Shown in pieces: positions 28,133 through 44,134 of a DNA stretch of 64,000 nt. Origin of the DNA: the human T2T-CHM13v2.0 reference genome, Homo sapiens. The stretch lies in contig CP086569.2 of NCBI GenBank assembly GCA_009914755.4, positions 3,616,001 through 3,680,000 on the forward strand, given 5' to 3'. A program made the position numbers and the translations under genes. The notes under the pieces are model-generated. The model had not been told where the DNA came from, made no database searches, and worked only from the letters and a program-made list of their open reading frames with translations. Each line of letters starts with the position of its first letter. Position 1 is the first letter of the stretch.

Positions 28133-30610
28133 TTAATAGGCAAGGCTTTGAAGTTTGAGTGGGACTAAAGTAGGTTTTCAAGGTATATATGGGATGTAAC
28201 CCAGGGAGAAATAGTATAGAATTATTTCTGGGAACTGAATCTCAGGGCTCTTAATAGGTAGAGATGCTTTTAAAAACAGAGGAGAGCTCTTGAATACTAC
28301 AGATAATTGACTCAATCATTGCAATAAACTTTTCCCCAGAAAGCTTTTGTTTTTGCTGCTGTCGAGGAAAGTTAAGCCAGATGAACCAAAGAACAGCTAG
28401 GCTGTTGTGTACAAACACTGAAACAAATTTCCTGAGATGTAACTTGGAATTTATGAGAATGTTTTAATTATATAAAAAATAGTTTTTCTGTTTTTCCCAT
28501 TCCTACTCCTCCTTGTTCTTTTGCCTACATTGATAAGTGTTGGGGTTGGGGGTGCAGGAGGGTAAGACTTGATTAGTTCCTGAAAAAGAAAAATGATTCC
28601 TTAAGTGCCTATAGTGCCTGTGATGCCACTGACTCAAAGTCAGGTAATGGAGAATGAAAAGGTCGAAATCTGTTAGATAGACCTGAGATTTATCTTGTAC
28701 TTTTGAACTCAACTCACTGGAAGTCTGCCTTAGAAAGAATTACCTTAGTAAAATCTCGAACTAATTTCATTTTGGGTCTTCTAGAATTTACTCCAAGTCA
28801 TAATAACTGCTGAAGAGTGAAAGGAAAAGCAATAAACTTTCTAGCAAAAGGCTAGAAAGAATACAAAGATGCAGAAAGACAGCTAATTCTGCATATTGAG
28901 TCAAAGCCGTTTTATCTTTGAGTGCTAGGTAATAATAAGAGTTTACTAGATATTTGGCAAATCATTTAGTCTCTAGAGTTTTACACACAGAGTTAGACAA
29001 AAATTAGTTCATTTGTCTTACATTTGCCCGCTTTAAAGAATAACGTTTTTTCAGCTTGTCAATTCTACTGCTTTCCCCAGCGTCTGCATAATAAGGCAGA
29101 CAACTCAACACAGGAGTTGATCTGTGATCAACACATTCAAGTGATCACGTCTCCTTCCTTGGCAGAATACTCCTTGATTCTTGTAACGGGAATGTCTATA
29201 TTTCAACTTGAGATTGGCAGTTTAATTGCCTAACCTAATACTAACTAGTTTGAAGCATGGATAGTCACTAAACAGAACAGTTTTATTTTCATACAAAACA
29301 GATATTCTTCATTAAAATTAAGTATTTTCAGGCACAGCTTGCTAATATAGCTATTAAGGATAATTAAGAAAACTTTCAAGTTTTTCACTTAGGAAATTCC
29401 ATGTATGAAAGCAAAATAAATTTTCCTTCAAGTCCTTCCTCTTGCCATTTTCCCATATCCAGTACTGTACAGACTTTAGAAGAGTTTATTTTATCATAAT
29501 TTATTAAATATGGTCACAACACAGTACATGCTGGAAGATAGGTTCTTTTAAAAATCCAATTATGCCCCTGACACTTGAGCCAACTAAAGGACATAAGTCA
29601 GAGAGCCATCTGATTTTTTCTTTTGACTAAGGAGGGCCTAAATTAATTCCATAGGGATGATTAAATTTAGATTTAGAGGTTGTATAAGCAAACTGAGGTT
29701 AGCTTATGAGTTTTATTCTGGGACAAAAGGTCAAGAAGTGCTTATTTTAAACCTGACATATCCTGTTTTTCAGGAGCTCTGAAAAGTTAAAAAATTTGGC
29801 AGGAGGTTGGGAAACTACAGCATATACATCTGACCTAGAGGCACTCTCTGAATGGCTTTTCTTTCTTTCTTTCTTTTTTTTTTCTAGACAGGCTATCAAT
29901 TTAACAAAGAAGGATTATGGCAGTAAGTTGTCAAATGAGCTGACAAAATCAACTGTCACGTTTTATGGTGGCCCGGGTTTCGAGAATGTACAGATAATTT
30001 TTCCTCAAAAGGAGAATGTCTGGTTTTCTTTATTTTTCTGATTTCTTCAAAGGCATAGTCTACCTAAACTGAAAAAAACTCAGAAAAAAAAATGAAAACG
30101 GAAAAGGAATATATTTTTCTTCTATATATTATTTTAAAAATACCTTTTTATCAAGTATCCTGATAACTTTTCTGAGTTAGCCATTGTATTAGTTTCCTAT
30201 TGCTGTTTAACTACCAAAAATATAATAGCTTGAAAAAAATGAAGTTCTAGTTCAGCAGGTCAGAATTTCAAACACAAATGACTGCATTCTCTGCTCAGGG
30301 TCTGACAAGACTGAAATAAATGTGTTGGCAATACCATGCTACCTATTGTATATGAAATGTACTTTGTGTTTCGGGCTTGCTACAGGCATGCTCTTTCCTT
30401 GTGCAAATTGTTATTGACAATGTCAGTTATAAGTTTGGAGATACATTGTTAATTCAATAGTATTAATTCCCTGTTGTGCTTGGCCTTTCCCACACCTCTA
30501 AAATAACAGTTATACAATTGACTCTAGAATAACCAAGGAAAGCATTACGATTTTCAGTATTCACAGTGGTGAAAATTAATAATGGTGCGTTTGTGGAAGA
30601 AAAAATGAAA

Positions 30611-30934
<324 letters not shown>

Positions 30935-31545
30935 TCAACAAGAAGCAGTGGTCAGTTAGGAAAACAGCATTTAGGGAGGGGGAAGCAATCATGATGAATG
31001 AGTCTGGCATCTCATTGTCTTGAGTGTGGTGATCTGGTGAGTTTTAGTTCTTTGATGCTTTTTGAGAGGCCTAAGGATTGTTTCCTGAGTAAGGATCTCA
31101 GATAAGGCAAATGTAAGTTATAAGCTTTAAGGCTAGAAGAGCAAATTTCTATTTTTATTAAAAAAAAACTGTCTATAAGATTATGAGATTGGTTTCAAAA
31201 GAACTCAGGAAAAATATGTCAACAGCATCATATATTGTCTTTCTTTCTAACTTTCTTCAACTCCAAACATACCCTTTGAAGGGTGCAAAGTTTTCCAAGG
31301 GCATAGCTCTAGGTGAGTTCGTAAGAATATGAATTGTTCAATTGTAGTTTTAATTTTCTACACGGCAGAAAAATATTGTATGGAGCGAATAATTGTGGGG
31401 TACTGAGTTTAGAGAGAATGAACTCTTTTATGTGTAATAAGTTATAAATTTAAAACCTCTTGAAAATATAATAGGAGCATATCTGATCTAACCAACTTGT
31501 ATTATTAATTTAGTTATTTCATATATTTTAAAAAATATTTATTAA

Positions 31546-32079
<534 letters not shown>

Positions 32080-32159
32080 AAGCCTGTGCTTTTGAACACT
32101 GCTCTATAGTGTCTCATATAACAGTGGTGGGCAATACCTTTAAGCCAATTTCATTTTTC

Positions 32160-32526
32160 TGTCTTACCATAGGATGTTGAAGCCGCTATAACAAAATACC
32201 ACAACTGGGTGGCTTATAACAACAGAAATTTATTTTTCACAATGCTGGAGCCTGGAAAATCCAAGATCATGGTGCTGGCAGATTTGGTTTCAGGTAAAAG
32301 CTATTTTCTGGTTCATATTTGATGCCTTCTAACAGTGTCCCTTTATGGTGGAAGGGGACAACGATAGCCTCTTCAGCCTGTTATAAGGACTCTAATCCCA
32401 TTCATGAGTGTCTCACCCTCATGTCTGAATTACCTCCCCAAAGGCCCCACCTTCTAAACACAACATAAGGGGGTTATTTTTCAACATATAAATTTTGAGG
32501 AAACACATTCAATCCGTGGCAATCAT
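32160..32526 (-). mobile_element. MaLR-superfamily LTR (MST/MLT1-type), antisense
   Basis: 'tgtcttaccataggatgttgaagccgctataacaaaataccacaactgggtggcttataacaacagaaatttatttttcacaatgctggagcctggaaaatccaagatcatggtgctggcag…taatcccattcatgagtgtctcaccctcatgtctgaattacctccccaaaggccccacc…tttcaacatataaattttgagg'. Confidence 0.7.
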
Positions 32527-32814
32527 ATATTTCTTTGTTCTAAAGTTAGTTGTATCAGTTTGGGAACGGCTGGTAGTGCCCTTTCAACTATTTTAAAAGC
32601 AACACATGAGTAGACTATGAACCAGTGCATACTAAGACATTATGCTTAACTTCCATTCAGTGTTCTTAAAGTCCTTCAAGACTCTTTTTAATCCTATTTT
32701 CAGGATCTTTGCTCATTTCTGAAACAATAATGTGTCGAAGGGCTTATACACAGTCATGTTAATCTGAAGGTGAAGAGCTGTACTAGTTAGATACTAATCA
32801 TAGCTCCAGTTTGA

Positions 32815-33089
<275 letters not shown>

Positions 33090-36000
33090 ATACATTTTTC
33101 TTTCTGCTTGATTTGAATAAATTATTCTGAAAAGTTTCATCCTGCATATATTGTTTTTAAAATACTATTTTAGAAGAAAAGGTTATTTAAATTTAGAGAG
33201 TCACTATGTTTTCCCTTTGGAAATAAGTTCCATTAGGCTTTCTTGTTATACAAAGTAATTACATAAAATCATTGACAAACTATGTCAGTAGAAAGTACTC
33301 AATATATTTCCAAAATGGAATAAATCCTGTAAGCCCCAATAATTTCTTTAATGTACTCTATAAAATTTCTTTTGAGATCTAGGCTTCATAGAAAACTAAA
33401 TTGTGGTTCATAATTTTAACATGCCATAATAAATATCTTCATTAAAATGGAATTTTAAACCTAATTTTAAAATGAGCAAATGTTTTCTTTACTATGTTTG
33501 TTCAGCATTTCTAATTATCATCCTTAAAAAGTGTAAAACCCCAAATAACTTTCTGACTAACTTAATACGTATCAATACATGCTCATAGTATTTTTGCGAG
33601 ATTTATTTTAAAATAGTTGTATATAATCACTGTCTTCATTTTGGTTCCTATGATTTTCTCTTAAACCCAGTCTATTCAGTCTTTTATCCCAACCACTTCA
33701 CTGACATTTCTTTTGTGAAGATCCCAAATTATCTCAACATTGCCCAATCCAATGGCTAGACTTCAGTCCTCATCCTACCAAATTATTTGCACCATTCAAC
33801 ACATTTCTTACACTTTCTTCATTTGACTTCCAAAACACTATCATCTCTTCATCTTCCTCTTACCTCATTGTTGGTTCTTGTCAGCTTTCTTTGCTGATTT
33901 CTGCCTAGCTCCTCAGTGCCAACGTGCTTAGCCTGTGGCCTTTTCTTTTCTACACCCAGTAATATTCTTGAGAATGCAATTTCGCATCATGCATTTATAT
34001 AACATCTATATGCTGACAATGTCAAATTTTTGTATCCAATCCACACATCTTTAGTGAACTCTTTTATACTCAAATATTATTTATTTTCTGTTTTTTTTAC
34101 ATGAATATAAGCTCTCTAGAAAAGAGAACCATTTCATTTGCAAATGCATCCCACTCTTCACTAGAAAATTACTTGGCAAATGATAAGGGCTTGATAAAGA
34201 GTTAATAAAGGAAAGAAAGAATGAATTAAATATTTTACGTACATATGTGTGTATATATCCATATGGATATATGAGAGATAAATATTTCACAAATATTTGA
34301 TTAAGTTGAACACATTATTCCTTTGTCATGCTATGCATCAATTTTCCCTTTCAATAACATTTTGCTCTTTTCAACATTTAGATGTCTTTCAAATAATATG
34401 AATTGTAGGTGTTTTCTTCTTAATGACTGCTCTGATAACTTAGTACTTATTAGCTCTTGTTATATTAGAAACAAAGATATTCAGAGTTGAATGAGAGGAA
34501 AAGCAATATGAGTTTTCTGCTGATCTAGGTAAAAAGGAAAATGAAGCAAAGAAGAGAAAGATGGTTCTTGTAGCAGGGGTTTTCAGAACTTAAGTAGAAT
34601 CCTGTTTTTGAACACTGAATTTGACTCCCTGCAGTCAGCCTTAAAAATACATACAGAATACAAAATGTATTGAGTTCTTTAAAGTGCAAAAGGTGAAGGG
34701 CTGTTGTTAGTTGGAGTTCTTCCAGAAGACAGTCCTGTCTCAAACAGTGTTTGGTTCTTAAGAGAGGTTAACTTCCCAGCACAAATATGACATTAAAGAG
34801 CTAATCATCAGTCTTCCTCTTTCCTGACAGAGCTTTGATCCACAGTTGAACCTTTTTCTTTTTCTTTCAAACTACATTCAGTTGTAGTCCCTGGGGAAAA
34901 GTCAGATTCCTGTTGATTGTCCTCAGCTCAAGGAGAAGGGTTTCATCTTTATTTATAGCACTTGTGAAGTGCCCACAGGACACAGCAAGGTCAGCGTCCT
35001 AGCTAAGACCTAAGACCTATCCATAGTATATAGAAATAAGGCAACCTTTGCATCCTCGAGAAACTTATATTCTAAAGTATGGATTGAGTCAATGGCCTTT
35101 GAAATGGTAACTATTTTGAATAAAAAACATCAGAGGAGCAGGATTTGAGAGATGAACACATAGCAATGCATAAAGTAGATTTACTGAATAGAAGTCTAGT
35201 ACTATAAGTAATTAAATAAAAGCCTTCTCAGCCCAGGTTGTGGCAATTCTGGATTTTTATTTTTCCTGTCTTGCAAAAGAGTGATTCTTAACCTTGGCTG
35301 CACATTAACATTACCTGAAAATCTTTTAAAAACCTTGTCAGACCTCGCCCTGACAAATCAAAATCTCTTTCTAGGACCAAGATATTAGTAATTTGTTTTA
35401 AACTCACTAGGTGATACCAATATGCATCCAAGTTTGAGAATAAGTATTCTTGGCTCATAAAATAGAGTTATGACAGCTATATAAACAAAACAGATATTAT
35501 ACATTTTAGAAAATATGTGACAACGGAATCATTCATGTCAATGGCAAAATAATTATAACAATTCATTAACCAATATTTGTTATATAGACTTTTGGGGTAT
35601 TATTTTTTTAGCACGTTTATAATTGGTTTTCTGAGAGATACATAAAACCCAGCCATAATGACAAAAGTAAATACTGGTCACCCAACTCAAGATTTGGGAA
35701 AACCTTACTAGCCTTGTTATAGAGAGTAATAACTTCCTCTAGGCATGCTAAAAAGTACAAGAATGAGAGGCATGATCTCATTCCTATTCTCAAATATGTC
35801 CAGTGATCTTTACTCAATACATAGATAATTTGTACCTGAATCAGAATCTCTGGGATAGAGCCAAGGATCTTTATTTTTAATAATCTCCCAGTTAATTATT
35901 ATTTACACTGAAGTGTAAAAATCACAGGCTTATTTTTACACTATAATTAACAGTAACAACAAAACCAGATATGGTAAATACAGTAAATTTAAAATCCCTA

Positions 36001-38305
36001 AGTGAAACCAGCCTGATGTCCCCATAGAAATGATATAATGATTTTTTAAGTAAACATGGAAATTGATACTCCCTAGTCTTAAAACTTGAAACATTTACTT
36101 TATCTGAATTCTTTCCTCAGGAAACCAACCCTCAGGCAAGGAACTAAAATTCATCAGATTACCATATCCAGACAATGAGACACCAGACCCCTCATTCATC
36201 ATGAATGCTTCCTTTCTTGTCCCTAATTTACTTCCCCCACACACATACGTAGTTAGATTCCCTCCACCACTATCTAAACCCCCAATTTTACTTAGCTAAG
36301 GAGACAGATTTGAAGTTTGGCTACCATCACTCCTGCTGACGTCACCTGAATTAAAAGCCTTCTTCCTGGCAGTAATTGTTGTCTCAGTGATTCACTTTCT
36401 GTGTGGTGAGCAAAAGGACCTATACCAAACCCCTGGCATTTCAGTATACTACATAAGGTCTGATATAACAGTAATCATACCAAATCAGTCATTTTAGAAG
36501 GTCTAAAACAATTTTAAAAGATTGCCTTCAAACAGAATAGTATCACTTAAATTGACCTCTTCCCTAGAAACTTAGCTGGGAAAACACATAACTGCTTTGC
36601 AAATATATTTATAGCAATAAAAAACACATAAATAAGCAACAATTTTAATGAAATGAATAATAATGACTCAGAGGCAGAGATGTCTTTAAAAATTTTTGCC
36701 ATTGGAATAATCGGAAGTAAATAATATAATTTGCAGCAGGGTGGAAAGCATTGTATATGTGTTCCTACTAACTAAGTACGAATCCAGTAAGATTGTATGA
36801 CACATTTTTAAAAAGCATATTCTTAAAAACAATCTTTACTTCCTTTAAAAATATCTTGGATGCTTTGTAAAAAATAATGTCTGTTCATCATAAAATTCAA
36901 AATGCCAGGAATATTATAAGAAAAAAATAAAAATTAACAGAAACCTTGCCTTTTTTGCAGAAAAGTCCTGAATAGAAGTTTACATAAATAAGAGAATTGG
37001 TGTTCTATAAAGTGTTTTTCTTTAGTCAACAATATGATTAGTACATTTTTCAGGAAATAGTACAATATTTAATAATTTTTAATAGCTATATATTATGTAA
37101 GCACCAGAATTCCTTTAGTCAGTTTCTATCAAGGGATATTTAGATGATTTTTCAACTTTTCTATATTATTAAAAACATCATAAGATGAATCCTTATGTGT
37201 ACATAATTTTGAATATGTGCAATTATTCCCTTAGTGTAACCTTTTAAAAGTGAGTTTTTTAATATATCAAAAGGAATAAGCATTTTACATATGGATTCAT
37301 ATTGTAAACAAATCCTCTTCCCTAATTGCACTATAACATCTGAGATTGTTCCTTATTTTATGTCCTCAACAAGCCTGGGTTTTGTCAAATTTCTTAAACA
37401 TTTTCTTTTCATTTTTTTAATGATTATCATACCATTGTTCTAATTTCCTTATTAATGAATAGAAATTATTACTTTTTTTTTGGCCTTGGTGAAAAAAAGT
37501 CCAAGTTTTGGAGCTCATCCATAGCCTCTATTCCTGCCACCATAGACACTTGTTTCATAATCTCATTGGATAATTGCCAGGGTGACCAAGGAAAGAGACT
37601 AACTGACATTCAGAATAGGTCACCTTGTCCACCTGATTAAAGATCATGTGCCACAGTAGATTTCTTCAGGTGGACAGTTATACGGCTCATAAATATAATC
37701 ATACTATGTGCCTATTCTGAGAGATCCATCGAATACCTCACCCTCTTGTCATTGCTCTTCAAATCTTATCCTTTTTAGTCCCTGATTAACCTGATTAGCA
37801 AATCATTGGTCACTGCCTATAAATCACTGTAGATCCATATCTGAGATAATCTTTCCCTCCATGCAAACTACGTATCTAATTTCTGCTCACTGAGAGAATT
37901 TCCCTTCAATACTATCTTTCGAGACCACATCTTAATAGGACCATAGTGCAGTGGCCATCAGTGGGGCTGGTTTGTCATGAAAATCTACCTATCAACTAGA
38001 ACTTTACTCTTTTGTTCTTTCATTATTTGGTAAAAGGGAATCTCCCCACAAGGTAGTTGGTATGAGCCATGGGTCAGGTAGCAAAGTAACAGGGGTAGGT
38101 ACTCTAAGAGTCTGAGCCTCCTACCTGGTTTACTTGTGCATTCAGACCTGCACTAACAAGGTCTCATATATACCATATCAATTGTGTAAAGTTATGCTAC
38201 TGTACATATCCAATTGTATGGTTTTTAAATCAGGTAAGTCAAAGTCCAGAATGGTCAAAGAGTCACTTACTGTCCAATTTATTTCTGTTTAAGGAGATTG
38301 TCTTT

Positions 38306-38316
38306 GGGGGGGGGGG
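38306..38316. repeat. G11 homopolymer
   Basis: 'tctttgggggggggggtcc' read directly. Confidence 0.9.
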
Positions 38317-39778
38317 TCCTCAAATATGTGAGCAAACCAATCCCAGAATCTCATTTTGAGAATCTGTTTTATGGGACCACTTTTGGGGTAAATTACTGTA
38401 TCGGTAAGGATCTCAGAAATCTGACATTACACTTAAACTAGTTTCTCAGAAATTTAATATTAAAACTAATTTCAAAAATGTGAATACAGTTTGGAGAAAC
38501 CAAGATGGAAGTGATTACCACCATTAAGAATGAAAAGGTAAGTCAAAGAGCATTTACAGAATTAAAAATTTTAAAAAGCCAAAAAACAAAAACAAACTAA
38601 TGAGAGGTGCGCGAGAGTGAGAGAGAGAGAGAGACTGCTAGGATTTGTGGTCTCTGATAGAGGAACAAAACTATCTGCCATAAAGCAATGGAGAAGAAAG
38701 CAGAGGAATAAGTAACTCTTTTTTCTCCCACCTTCTGATTTTTTTTGTCAGAGCCTTCCATTCATCAAACTCCACTAGAAGCCGGAAGGATGGGAGGTCC
38801 ACTAAAGTAGTCCATACAGTTAAGCCTTCAAAAATGTGCAGCAAAATAAAGAAGGATACATTGTAGAACTGGAGATTTGATTTAAGTATTGTGTGTGTGT
38901 GTATATATCTATATATATGTTATGTTATATATGTATTGTATAGCATCATATATATTTTATTATATGTACCATATATTTTATGTATTCTTTTGAATATATA
39001 TTTAAATAAATAATATATACTTATATTTATAAAACCAAAATTTTCCCCATCGTTCATTTTCTAAAATGATCTTGGCTGTCATTACCTGTTTTTCTTTAAG
39101 ATGAGCTGTAGAATAATTTGCCATCTTTCAGAAATAAGAAAAATCAAATTTTATTTTTAACTGGTATTACATACACTTTTAGATCAATTCAGAGAAAACT
39201 GATATTTTTGTATTATTTAAAACTCCTTTTCAAAGCAAATAGTTTATCTCTAGTCAAATTATTTATGTCTTTCAGTAGAGTTTTAGAGCTTCATATAGGA
39301 ATTTTGTCTTTTGTGTTAAGTTTATTCCTCAGTGTTTTCTGTGGTTTTGCTATAAAAAATAATAAATTTTCTTCCATTATATTTTATATTTCTTATTATT
39401 TGTATATAGGTTGCATATTATAGAACATAATATTTATTATTTTGTACATTAATTCTATGATGAGCAAAGACTATGGAATAATGATAATCTCGAATTGTTT
39501 TTTAGTTGATTCTTTAGTTTTTCAGGAATATAATAATTTCCTCTGCAAGTACTGGTAATATTGCCCTCTTCTCACCAATATTTATATCTCTCATATAATT
39601 TCCTAGCTATACTGAAACAGCGAGCATATCCAGTAAAAAGTTAAATAGTAGCAAAAATAGCTTGCTGTTTGTATTATTCTTAACTTCAATAAGGTTGAGC
39701 ATAACATTTCACTTTTAATCATGATTTAAGATATATATCTTGAATCATGTGTTTTGAGATACACATCTTTACTCTTCA

Positions 39779-40055
39779 GGCTGAGCACAGTGGCTTACAC
39801 TTATAATACCAATGCTTTTGGAAGTCAAGGTGGGAAGATCGCTTCAGGCTTGGAGTTCAAGCCCAGCCTGAGCATTATAGCAAGACCCCATTTCTACAAA
39901 AACATTACTAAAAAATTAGCTCGGTGAGGTGGTGCATGCCTGCAGTCCTAGCTACTCAGGAGTCAGAGTTAGATCAGGAGTTTGAGGCTGCAGTGAACTA
40001 TAATTATAACACTATACTTCAGCCTGGGTGACAGAGCAAGACCCTCTCTCTAAAA
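39779..40055 (+). mobile_element. Alu, old (AluJ-like, about 20% diverged)
   Basis: 'ggctgagcacagtggcttacacttataataccaatgcttttggaagtcaaggtgggaagatcgcttcaggcttggagttcaagcccagcctgagcattatagcaagaccccatttctacaaaaacattactaaaaaattagctcggtgaggtggtgcatgcctgcagtcctagctactcagga…cagcctgggtgacagagcaagaccctctctc'. Confidence 0.8.
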
Positions 40056-40419
40056 ATATTTTTTAAATATATCTTAATTCTTATTTCATATAACCTTCCA
40101 TTCTCACAATTAGAGATGGTTGTTGGATTTTACCAAATAACATTTATATTTCTGAAGGTATGTAGAAGACATTTTAAATCTACCTTATTAAATAAAACAA
40201 ATTATATAGAAGTAAATTTCTAAAAAAATTGAATTTTCTAACATGATATAAATCACCCCTACTTTCTATGCTTTATTATATTATTCTTTATCATACTGGT
40301 GAACTTTACTAACTTTTTTAAATTTATATCATAAGTATTAGTATGTAAAGTTGATCTCTCATTTTCTTTTTTATAATCTTCACCAGATTTTGGTAATTTA
40401 AATTCATAATTTAATCCAT

Positions 40420-41180
40420 ATCAATTTAATATAGTTGAACTTTGTGGAGGATTTTTGCATCTATGTTCATGAGAGATATTGGCCTATAGGGTTTTTGTTT
40501 CATGCTTTCCTTGCCAAGTTTTGGAATCAGTATGATGCTGGCTTTGTAGAATGAGTTAGAAAGGAGTCCCTCCTCCATCTATTGGAATAGTTTTATTATG
40601 ATTCATACCAGCTCTTCTTTGTACATCTGGTAGAATTTGACTGTGAATCCATTTGGTCTGGGGCTTGTTTTAATTGGTGTGTTTTTTATTACTGATGTAA
40701 TTTTGGAATTTGATATTGATCTGTTTGGGATTTTAATTTCTTCTTGATTAAATCTTGGGAGATTGTTTCCAGAAACTTATCAGTTTTCTCTGGATTTTCA
40801 AGATAATGGGCATAGAAGTGTTCATAATTATCTCTGAGGATCTTTTCTATTTCTGTGAAATCAGTCACAATGTCACATTTTTTGTTCCCGATTGTAGTTA
40901 TTTGGATCTTCTCTTTTTTTCTTTATTAATCTAGCTAGTACTGTATCAATCTTGTTTATTCATTCAAGAAACTAATTTTGTTTTGTTTTTGTTGATTCTT
41001 TATATGAATTTTTGGGTCTTAATTTCATTGAGTTTTACTCTGATTTTACTTATTTATTTTCTTTTGTAAGCTTTGGAGTTAGTTTGTTCTTGTTTTTCTA
41101 ATTCCTCTAAGTGTGACGTTACATCATTAATTTTTAATCTTTCTATCTATCCTAAATCTCCAGTTTCTGAGAAAAGATTA
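40420..41180 (-). mobile_element. Old L1 fragment (antisense ORF2, RT N-terminal region)
   Basis: Collinear with 3540-4260 of the first L1: '…ggcctatagggtttttgtttcatgctttccttgccaagttttggaatcagtatgatgctggctttgtagaatgagttagaaaggagtccctcctcc…gtacatctggtagaatttgactgtgaatccatttggtctggggcttg…'. Confidence 0.7.
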
Positions 41181-42009
41181 TCCCAAATTTATAAAATAAA
41201 TCATGAAGTGTATAGAATGAGGAAATAGTCCCTTATTTTTTTCTGTAAGACCAGTATAATTTTGATATTCAATGAAGAAAGATGGCACAAGGGAAAGAAA
41301 ATTGTTATTCAATGTAAATTTACCTCATGAACATAGATACAATAATTACAAAAAATGCAAAAAACCAATTACATAAATACAAACAAACACATATATATGT
41401 ATGTATATGTTTGTATGAATGTATGTCATAGTCAAATTAGCACTAAGAACCCAAAGGTAACTTAGCATTATAAAAACTTTAAATGTTATTGCTAACAGAT
41501 TGCAGGAGAAATCTCACAGAATTACCTAAATAGTTTTTTTAAATGCATTGGCTAAATTTAATATTAATTCATGTGAAAATCTTTTGGAAATTTATGAATA
41601 TAATAAAACATTTAAACCAGACAATATGTTGCCTAATCAAAATGTATAATAAGCATGACTATTAAAGGTGAGATCCTATTTACATCAAGAGAATAATGTG
41701 CATATCACTGCATTTACTGAATATCATACTGGTTGTTATGGTCAATCTGGTAATTTTTTTAATGCAATGCATATACAAAAAATATAAAAACTTTCATAAT
41801 TCACACATGATATTAATGTCTATATTTAGAAAGTACTTCATTATTAAATTATTAGAAATGTTGAGAGTTTGGAAAGTAGGCCAGAAATGGGATCAAACTG
41901 CATAACAAAACAAAACCCCTCTAAATGTCTATATAATAATAAGAAAGTTTTAGAAAAATAGAAATTTACAAATATATCATTTAAAACAGAGTCTTCTAAG
42001 TTTTTCCCA

Positions 42010-44131
42010 CAAGACGGTGGATTAGAGGCATTTAGCATGCCTCGGCTGCTTGGAAATAGCAAGATAGTGCATAAAGATCAACTCTGTGAGCTTCAATTCA
42101 AAAAGGAAAATGTGAATCCACCAGAGTCATGAAGGACACCCCAGATCAGGAGAGCAGAGGACACTGGCAAACAGCCACTATGATGGCATCTGGCTGATAA
42201 AATTTAGTGCAACCACAGTATGTGAGAGAGGAAGAGAGTCTTTCTCTGTGACTCACATTTACACTGGAGATCTGAGGCAACCCAAGCCGAGGCAGAGCAT
42301 TTTTTTTTTCTCCCAAGACGAGAGCTAACCTGAGAAGAAGCTTGGAGATGCTGTGAGGAAAAGACATGAATAAAAGCTGCAGGCGTTTTCCCAGACCTGG
42401 GACTGAGAACAGAACACCATTTTTAATCTGGGTGCAACAAAGTCAGCCATTCTTTGGTGATCCGGCAGTGTGGCCATGCAAACATTTCAGTCTCAGGCTG
42501 GAAATTTGAGTGCTCGTTTTGGAGATGGGTAAGGACATTCACAGCTAGAACTGTGGAAAGTGCCTCAGCAGTAAGCAATGGAATTTTGCTCTCCCCCATC
42601 TCAAACCTGCAGCAGGAGGAGAGCTGCTATAGCTGCAATTTCTCCTGGGCTGTGAACCTTGCAGCCAAAGCCACCTTGATGACCTAGAACCAATCTATGT
42701 GTCCCATAACTGTGTGCCCCAGACTGCTCCCCTGAGATCTTGGTGCAGCGGGCCCCTCTCTGCTCCACTCCCAGGCAGAAATCCAGGCATTTGGAGGATT
42801 CACTTCTCTGCAACTGCAGCCTGAGTTGCCCTATCCTACATTGACATAGATCACAGTACAGTGGGGCCCTCTCTGCTCTATGGCCACGGAGGTATCTAGG
42901 CATTTGGAGAACACACTCACTTGGATCTACAGCCTGACCTGACCTACAATTTCTGTGCTGAGATCTTTGTGCAAGAAGTCCTTATCTGCTTCAGGCCCAA
43001 AAGTATCTCCAGGAATTTTGAGCAATCCCTCATCTAGATCAGCAGACTGAGCCACCTGACCCTTCTAGGACATAGATTGTGGTGCAGTGACACCCTCTCT
43101 GCCCCATGCCTGGGCAAATCTCCAAGCATTTGGAACACCAACTTGCCTGGATTAGTGGCCAGAGCCACCTCACCCTTCCTGTTCAGAGATCCTCATGCCA
43201 GGGGGGCCTTCTCTGCTACATGCCCAGGCAGATCCCCAGGCATTTGGTGTGCTTACTCCTGGATTAGGAGTTTATTCCACTCCTGATTCCTATGCAAAGA
43301 ATTTGAGGCTGAGGAAATTCCCCAGTTCCAGGCTTAGGCACACCTCTGAGTGTTTGGTGGTCATCCAGCGAATGCTTTCTCAGTGCAGTTGCTTGTGCCT
43401 GCCATGAGGGGACCTGTAGATAGACCCTGACCATTGTAACCTCAGAACCCTGGGGTTAAGCAGGGAGGTCAGACTCCTGGGCATTTTGCAAAATAGCCCA
43501 TTGCCTAGGCAACAGACAGTAAACAAGGATCAAGTGTATACCCAGCTGCATGGGTCACAGGCAGCTCTTACCTGTAAGTTTTTACCTACTGGATTGTACG
43601 TTGAACTGCACAGCCCAACATAAAACCTGCTGAAAGAAGAGCATAGGGCTGTAGGAGCAAAACCAACAAACCCTATCCAGCATTCCTTACAGTCACACAC
43701 ACTAGGGAGGGGAGCAATAGGAAAAAGAAGGAAAGAAAAGAAACCAATAATATTTAGAGAAAGAAATAAAAAGAAAAAAATCCTAACTGAATAAAAGTAA
43801 CTATAGAAATTAGAAACGCCAGCATCTCCAGATGAGAAGTAACCAGAGCAAACATTTTGGTACCATAAAAAATCAGAATGTAATGACACCACCAAAGGAT
43901 CACACTAGCTCTCTAGCAATAATCAGTAAATAAAAGGAAAGCTTGGAAATGGCGGATAAAGAATTCAAAGCATAGATTGCGAGGAAACTCAATGAGATCC
44001 AAGACAATGTTGAAAATCAACACAAAAAAGCTTCTAAAGCAATCTGGAAACTGAAGGAAGAGAAAAACATTCAAAAAGATTTCGGGATAATCTTTTCTCA
44101 GAAACTGGAGATTTACTTGTAAAGTCATATT
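42010..44131 (+). mobile_element. Old L1 (L1PB/L1MA-like) 5' portion: long 5'UTR with internal ~150-bp monomer-like repeats, plus ORF1 start; truncated at 44131
   Basis: Recurring '…ctctctgc(tc/cc)cactcccaggcagaaatccaggcatttggagga…' units (42750-43300). Then 'atggcggataaagaattcaaagcatagattgcgaggaaactcaatgagatccaagacaatgttgaaaatcaacacaaaaaagcttctaaagcaatctggaaactgaag' matches the ORF1 N-terminus of old L1 (…MxDKEFKxMIIRKLNEIQENTDKQ…). The 5' boundary is uncertain. Confidence 0.6.
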
Positions 44132-44134
44132 TGC